Source: Escherichia coli
GTDB taxonomy: Bacteria; Pseudomonadota; Gammaproteobacteria; Enterobacterales; Enterobacteriaceae
DNA: 64,000 bases
Assembly (NCBI RefSeq): GCF_050920415.1
Contig: NZ_CP169309.1
Direction: 5' to 3' (one strand)
Within the stretch, counting starts at the first letter, position 1, and each line of letters opens with the position of its first letter. Below the pieces are notes generated by a model. That model had not been told where the DNA came from, searched no databases, and was given only the letters and a program-made list of their open reading frames with translations. Below are positions 59,903 to 64,000 of this stretch, piece by piece. The position numbers and the translations under genes were made by a program.

Positions 59903-60508
59903 TTATGCACCTGCGGCAATCAGTAACTGCGCAATCTCTTCAAAGCCTCGTTCCCGCGCCAGTTCCAGCGGCGTTTTGCCATATTTATCCGTCATGTGCG
60001 GGCTGGCACCGTGTTCCAGCAATAACTGGACAATCGCCTGCTGTTTTATCCCGCCATCATTAAGCACAATTGCTTCCAGTAGCGGCGTCCAGCCAACATG
60101 GTTGGTCTGGTTAACGTTAATCTCCGTATGCGCCAAAAGCTCTTTTACAATACTTAAATGGCCTTTTTCACAGGCAGGCGTCAGGCCGACACCGCCAAAA
60201 CGGGTGACGCAATTAAGATCGGGTTTAGCCGGTAAAATAATCCGTAACAGGGTTAAATCGCCGGTCAGGCAGCTAATTAAAAAAGGATTTGAACATATCT
60301 GATCTTGCTTATTAATATCCGCTCCGGCATCAATTAATGCCTGAACGCAAGCATATTGCTGATATAAACTTGCCAGCGTAATTGCCGTTTTCCCCTGACG
60401 ATCGCAGGTATTAATATCGACCCCCAGCGCAAGGCAGGTTTTTACTTTATCGATATCACCCTGTTGCGCAGCCAATAAATAGTCGGCAGGTAGATTTTTT
60501 ATAGTCAT
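59903..60508 (-). CDS. yahD: Ankyrin-repeat protein
   Basis: 201 aa with several ankyrin-type repeats (e.g. GKTAITLASLYQQYACVQALIDAGADIN); matches YahD. Confidence 0.9.
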   Translation of the reverse strand: MTIKNLPADYLLAAQQGDIDKVKTCLALGVDINTCDRQGKTAITLASLYQQYACVQALIDAGADINKQDQICSNPFLISCLTGDLTLLRIILPAKPDLNCVTRFGGVGLTPACEKGHLSIVKELLAHTEINVNQTNHVGWTPLLEAIVLNDGGIKQQAIVQLLLEHGASPHMTDKYGKTPLELARERGFEEIAQLLIAAGA

Positions 60509-60765
60509 TCACATTCCCCTGGTTTTTGTGGCTGTTTTCGATGAATTGAGAATAGCAACGATAATCTGATAAAAGAACCCGCTTAAATTTAATTCGCCGT
60601 ATTTCGCCTTTTTGTTGAATGATGTTCAACAATCTTTTCGCAGTGTGCGGTAGTGCAATATTTATTTCTTTGACCCGATACCCTTTCACTCAATCAGGTT
60701 TTATTTCTCTATAGTCTGCACATGTAAGAGTAGCTTTCGTCCATGTCTAACCAGAGGGGAACAAG

Positions 60766-61263
60766 ATGAACGGACTCACGGCAACGGGTATAACCGTCGG
60801 TATTTGTGCAGGGCTTTGGCAGTTAGTGTCTTCACATGTCGGGCTCTCTCAGGGATGGGAATTATTAGGAACCATTGGCTTCGTCGCCTTTTGCAGTTTT
60901 TATGCCGCAGGCGGCGGTAAATCGGGGTTTATCAGAAGCCTGGCGGTTAATTATTCCGGGATGGTGTGGGCGTTTTTCGCCGCGCTGGCTGCCGGTTGGC
61001 TGGCCTCGGTGAGTGGGATTTCCGGCTTCTGGGCGAGCGTGATTATGACTGTACCCTTCTCGGCGGTGGTGGTCTGGCAAGGACGTTTCGGTTTACTGTC
61101 TTTTATTCCCGGAGGCTTTCTCGGCATGACGCTATTTTTTGCCAGCGGGATGAACTGGACGGTGACATTACTGGGTTTTCTGGCGGGTAACTGCGTGGGG
61201 ATAATTTCAGAATATGGCGGACAAAAATTAAGCGAAGCGACGACTAAACGCGACGGGTATTAA
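60766..61263 (+). CDS. yahC: Inner-membrane DUF1097 protein
   Basis: 165 aa with 4-5 TM segments; matches YahC. Confidence 0.88.
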   Translation: MNGLTATGITVGICAGLWQLVSSHVGLSQGWELLGTIGFVAFCSFYAAGGGKSGFIRSLAVNYSGMVWAFFAALAAGWLASVSGISGFWASVIMTVPFSAVVVWQGRFGLLSFIPGGFLGMTLFFASGMNWTVTLLGFLAGNCVGIISEYGGQKLSEATTKRDGY

Positions 61264-61354
61264 AAGTTATTCAAAAATGATTATCTATCTTTAACCGATA
61301 CCTCTACAGTCATAGCTGGAGAAATTCATAGTAGATAATGGCGGGAATGGTTTA

Positions 61355-62287
61355 ATGAACTCAATTTTTACCGAAGAGAATCTGTTGGCATTTACTACCG
61401 CTGCGCGTTTTGGCAGCTTCAGTAAAGCTGCAGAAGAGTTGGGTTTAACCACTTCCGCCATTAGCTACACCATCAAGCGAATGGAAACAGGGCTGGATGT
61501 GGTGCTGTTCACTCGCAGTACCCGCAGCATTGAGTTAACGGAGTCCGGGCGTTATTTTTTCCGCAAAGCTACCGACCTGCTGAATGATTTTCACGCCATC
61601 AAACGCAGCATCGATACTATTTCGCAGGGCATAGAAGCGCGTGTGCGTATTTGTATTAATCAGCTGCTTTATACGCCCAAACACACCGCACGCTTATTAC
61701 AGGTACTGAAAAAGCAATTTCCAACCTGCCAGATTACCGTCACCACCGAAGTGTATAATGGCGTCTGGGATGCGATTATTAATAATCAGGCGAATATCGC
61801 TATCGGCGCACCCGACACGCTGCTGGACGGCGGCGGCATTGATTACACGGAGATTGGCGCGATTCGCTGGGCTTTTGCTATCGCCCCGGATCACCCGTTA
61901 GCCTTTGTGCCGGAACCCATCGCCGAAAGCCAACTACGTCTCTATCCTAATATCATGGTGGAAGACACCGCGCATACGATTAATAAAAAAGTGGGCTGGT
62001 TGCTGCATGGGCAGGAGTCGATTCTGGTGCCAGATTTCAACACCAAATGTCAGTGCCAGATTTTAGGCGAAGGAATTGGTTTTTTGCCGGATTACATGGT
62101 CCGTGAGGCGATGGCGCAATCCCTGCTGGTTACCCGACAAATCCATAATCCGCGCCAGGATTCACGCATGTTACTGGCGACCCAGCACTCTGCCACCGGT
62201 CAGGTGACGCAGTGGATTAAAAAACAATTTTCGCCAAATGGCATATTAACAGGGATCTATCAGGATTTACTGCATCGGGAGAATTAA
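61355..62287 (+). CDS. yahB: LysR-family transcriptional regulator
   Basis: 310 aa; N-terminal LysR HTH (FTTAARFGSFSKAAEELGLTTSAISYTIKRME); matches YahB. Confidence 0.9.
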   Translation: MNSIFTEENLLAFTTAARFGSFSKAAEELGLTTSAISYTIKRMETGLDVVLFTRSTRSIELTESGRYFFRKATDLLNDFHAIKRSIDTISQGIEARVRICINQLLYTPKHTARLLQVLKKQFPTCQITVTTEVYNGVWDAIINNQANIAIGAPDTLLDGGGIDYTEIGAIRWAFAIAPDHPLAFVPEPIAESQLRLYPNIMVEDTAHTINKKVGWLLHGQESILVPDFNTKCQCQILGEGIGFLPDYMVREAMAQSLLVTRQIHNPRQDSRMLLATQHSATGQVTQWIKKQFSPNGILTGIYQDLLHREN

Positions 62288-62328
62288 TCGCTGCCAACCT
62301 CCCGATGCGCTGTGAATAGCGGTTTACC

Positions 62329-63315
62329 TCAACCACCTGCTTTCATTACCCATTCAGAGATAAATTTATTACCCGGTACTGGCGGAGAGTACAAATAGCC
62401 CTGCAAAAAGTGAACGCCTTTGCCGATCATTAAATCCGCCTGCTCCTGGGTTTCTACCCCTTCCGCCACGATACTCAGACCAGGCTTACGCGCCAGTTCG
62501 ACAATATTGTCCACAATATGACCGGAAATTTCGTCGACACTCGCCATTTGCACAAACGACTTGTCAATTTTAATAAAATCGACCGGAAACGCCTGCAAAT
62601 AACGATAGGTCGCATAACCCGTACCAAAGTCATCCAGCGCAAAGGTAATGTTGTGCTGATGAAGGCTGTCAAATATCGCTCTGGCTTCTGGCGTTACCGG
62701 AATGGGGTTGCGTTCCGTTAGCTCAAGAACCAGCTTGATTTTATCGTTACCTAATTTCTTGACCAGGTTCAGACACTCTTTTTCAAATCCTGCGGCCAAA
62801 AAACATCCTGCCGAGACGTTGATGCCAATATGGAAATTATCCGGCAGCAAATGTTTTACTGGCATCAGAATATCCGCAGTCTGTTTCATCAGCTGGCGAG
62901 TCATTATGACAATAAGACCGGATGACTCCGCCAGAGGAATAAACTGATCCGGTGGGATAATTCCCGTTTGCGGATGTTCCCAGCGAACAAGCACTTCACA
63001 GCCCGTCAGTACCCCTGTCTGCGCGCAGAAAACGGGCTGGATCCACGGTTTGAATTCGTGATTTTCCAACGCCAGACTGATGGCTTCAGGCGTGACGATA
63101 TGGTGACAACGGTTATCAGGAATATAAAAATTATTTTTATTTCCCTTGCCACTGATGACTTGCGGATGATATTGAAAAAAGATATCCCGCCAGAAAGTAA
63201 TATCACTCTGGATGCCTAATTTTTCATACAACTGCTTCTTCTGATGTGAAATTGTCTTTGCGCTACGATTTCTGTATTGTGATATTTCTGTAACCGACAT
63301 TCCCTCCATTAGTAG
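62329..63315 (-). pseudogene. pdeL: c-di-GMP phosphodiesterase PdeL (YahA), 5' end interrupted by IS2 inside the LuxR-type HTH
   Basis: Reverse-strand frame encodes ...LLMEGMSVTEISQYRNRSAKTISHQKK... plus a complete EAL domain; codons upstream of LLM are IS2 left-end sequence; the open frame runs into IS2 up to 63447. Confidence 0.8.
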
Positions 63316-63403
63316 ACTGGCCCCCTGAATCTCCAGACAACCAGTATCACTTAAATAAGTGATAGTCTTAATACTAGTTTTTAGACTAGTCATTGGAGAA
63401 CAG

Positions 63404-63769
63404 ATGATTGATGTCTTAGGGCCGGAGAAACGCAGACGGCGTACCACACAGGAAAAGATCGCAATTGTTCAGCAGAGCTTTGAACCGGGGATGACGGTCT
63501 CCCTCGTTGCCCGGCAACATGGTGTAGCAGCCAGCCAGTTATTTCTCTGGCGTAAGCAATACCAGGAAGGAAGTCTTACTGCTGTCGCCGCCGGAGAACA
63601 GGTTGTTCCTGCCTCTGAACTTGCTGCCGCCATGAAGCAGATTAAAGAACTCCAGCGCCTGCTCGGCAAGAAAACGATGGAAAATGAACTCCTCAAAGAA
63701 GCCGTTGAATATGGACGGGCAAAAAAGTGGATAGCGCACGCGCCCTTATTGCCCGGGGATGGGGAGTAA
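63404..63769 (+). CDS. insC: IS2 OrfA (InsC) HTH protein
   Basis: 121 aa from ATG 63404 with GGAG upstream ([41 protein letters not shown]...). Confidence 0.92.
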
Positions 63770-64000
63770 GCTTAGTCAGCCGTTGTCTCCGGGTGTCGCG
63801 TGCGCAGTTGCACGTCATTCTCAGACGAACCGATGACTGGATGGATGGCCGCCGCAGTCGTCACACTGATGATACGGATGTGCTTCTCCGTATACACCAT
63901 GTTATCGGAGAGCTGCCCACGTATGGTTATCGTCGGGTATGGGCGCTGCTTCGCAGACAGGCAGAACTTGATGGTATGCCTGCGATCAATGCCAAACGTG
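63727..64000 (+). CDS. insD: IS2 OrfB (InsD) transposase, 5' portion, reached by -1 frameshift; truncated by window end
   Basis: The -1 frame from 63727 reads [91 protein letters not shown] with no stop before window end. Confidence 0.6.

Larger units (their letters stand above)
63313..64000 (+). mobile_element. IS2 (IS3 family) left end and transposase region; element continues beyond window end
   Basis: Left terminal sequence TAGACTGGCCCCCTGAATCTCCAGACAACC, then insC and the A6G frameshift heptamer AAAAAAG at 63721-63727; matches IS2 as recalled; junction position +/-3 bp. Confidence 0.9.

Overview
This 64 kb window reads as an Escherichia coli-type chromosomal segment, in inverted orientation relative to the K-12 map as I recall it. 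Gene order: tauC(partial)-tauB-tauA, an accessory UhpABC-like two-component/MFS sensor module joined to an AfuABC-type (FbpABC-fold) ABC importer, frmRAB, yaiL, mhpT, mhpEFDCBA with divergent mhpR, two accessory genes (MBL-fold hydrolase and a GlxA/AraC-type regulator), lacI-lacZYA with a complete control region, cynXST with cynR, codAB, prpEDCB with divergent prpR, yahO, yahN, yahL, yahK, an accessory LsrB/RhaS-like CUT2 sugar ABC transporter plus an ASCH-domain gene, yahJ-yahI-yahG-yahF-yahE-yahD, yahC, yahB, and pdeL (yahA) interrupted at its 5' end by an IS2 copy that runs off the window. No rRNA, tRNA or CRISPR array was seen. REP/BIME palindromic repeats fill many intergenic gaps. The lac control region and LacZ carry scattered substitutions relative to the K-12 reference, so this looks like a natural non-K-12 lineage. 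All K-12 comparisons are from memory and no database search was run. I found no convincing evidence of a wholly undescribed system; the most interesting items are three accessory insertions (UhpABC-like/AfuABC, MBL+GlxA-type, CUT2 ABC+ASCH), the IS2-disrupted pdeL, and a few repeat-based regulatory candidates.
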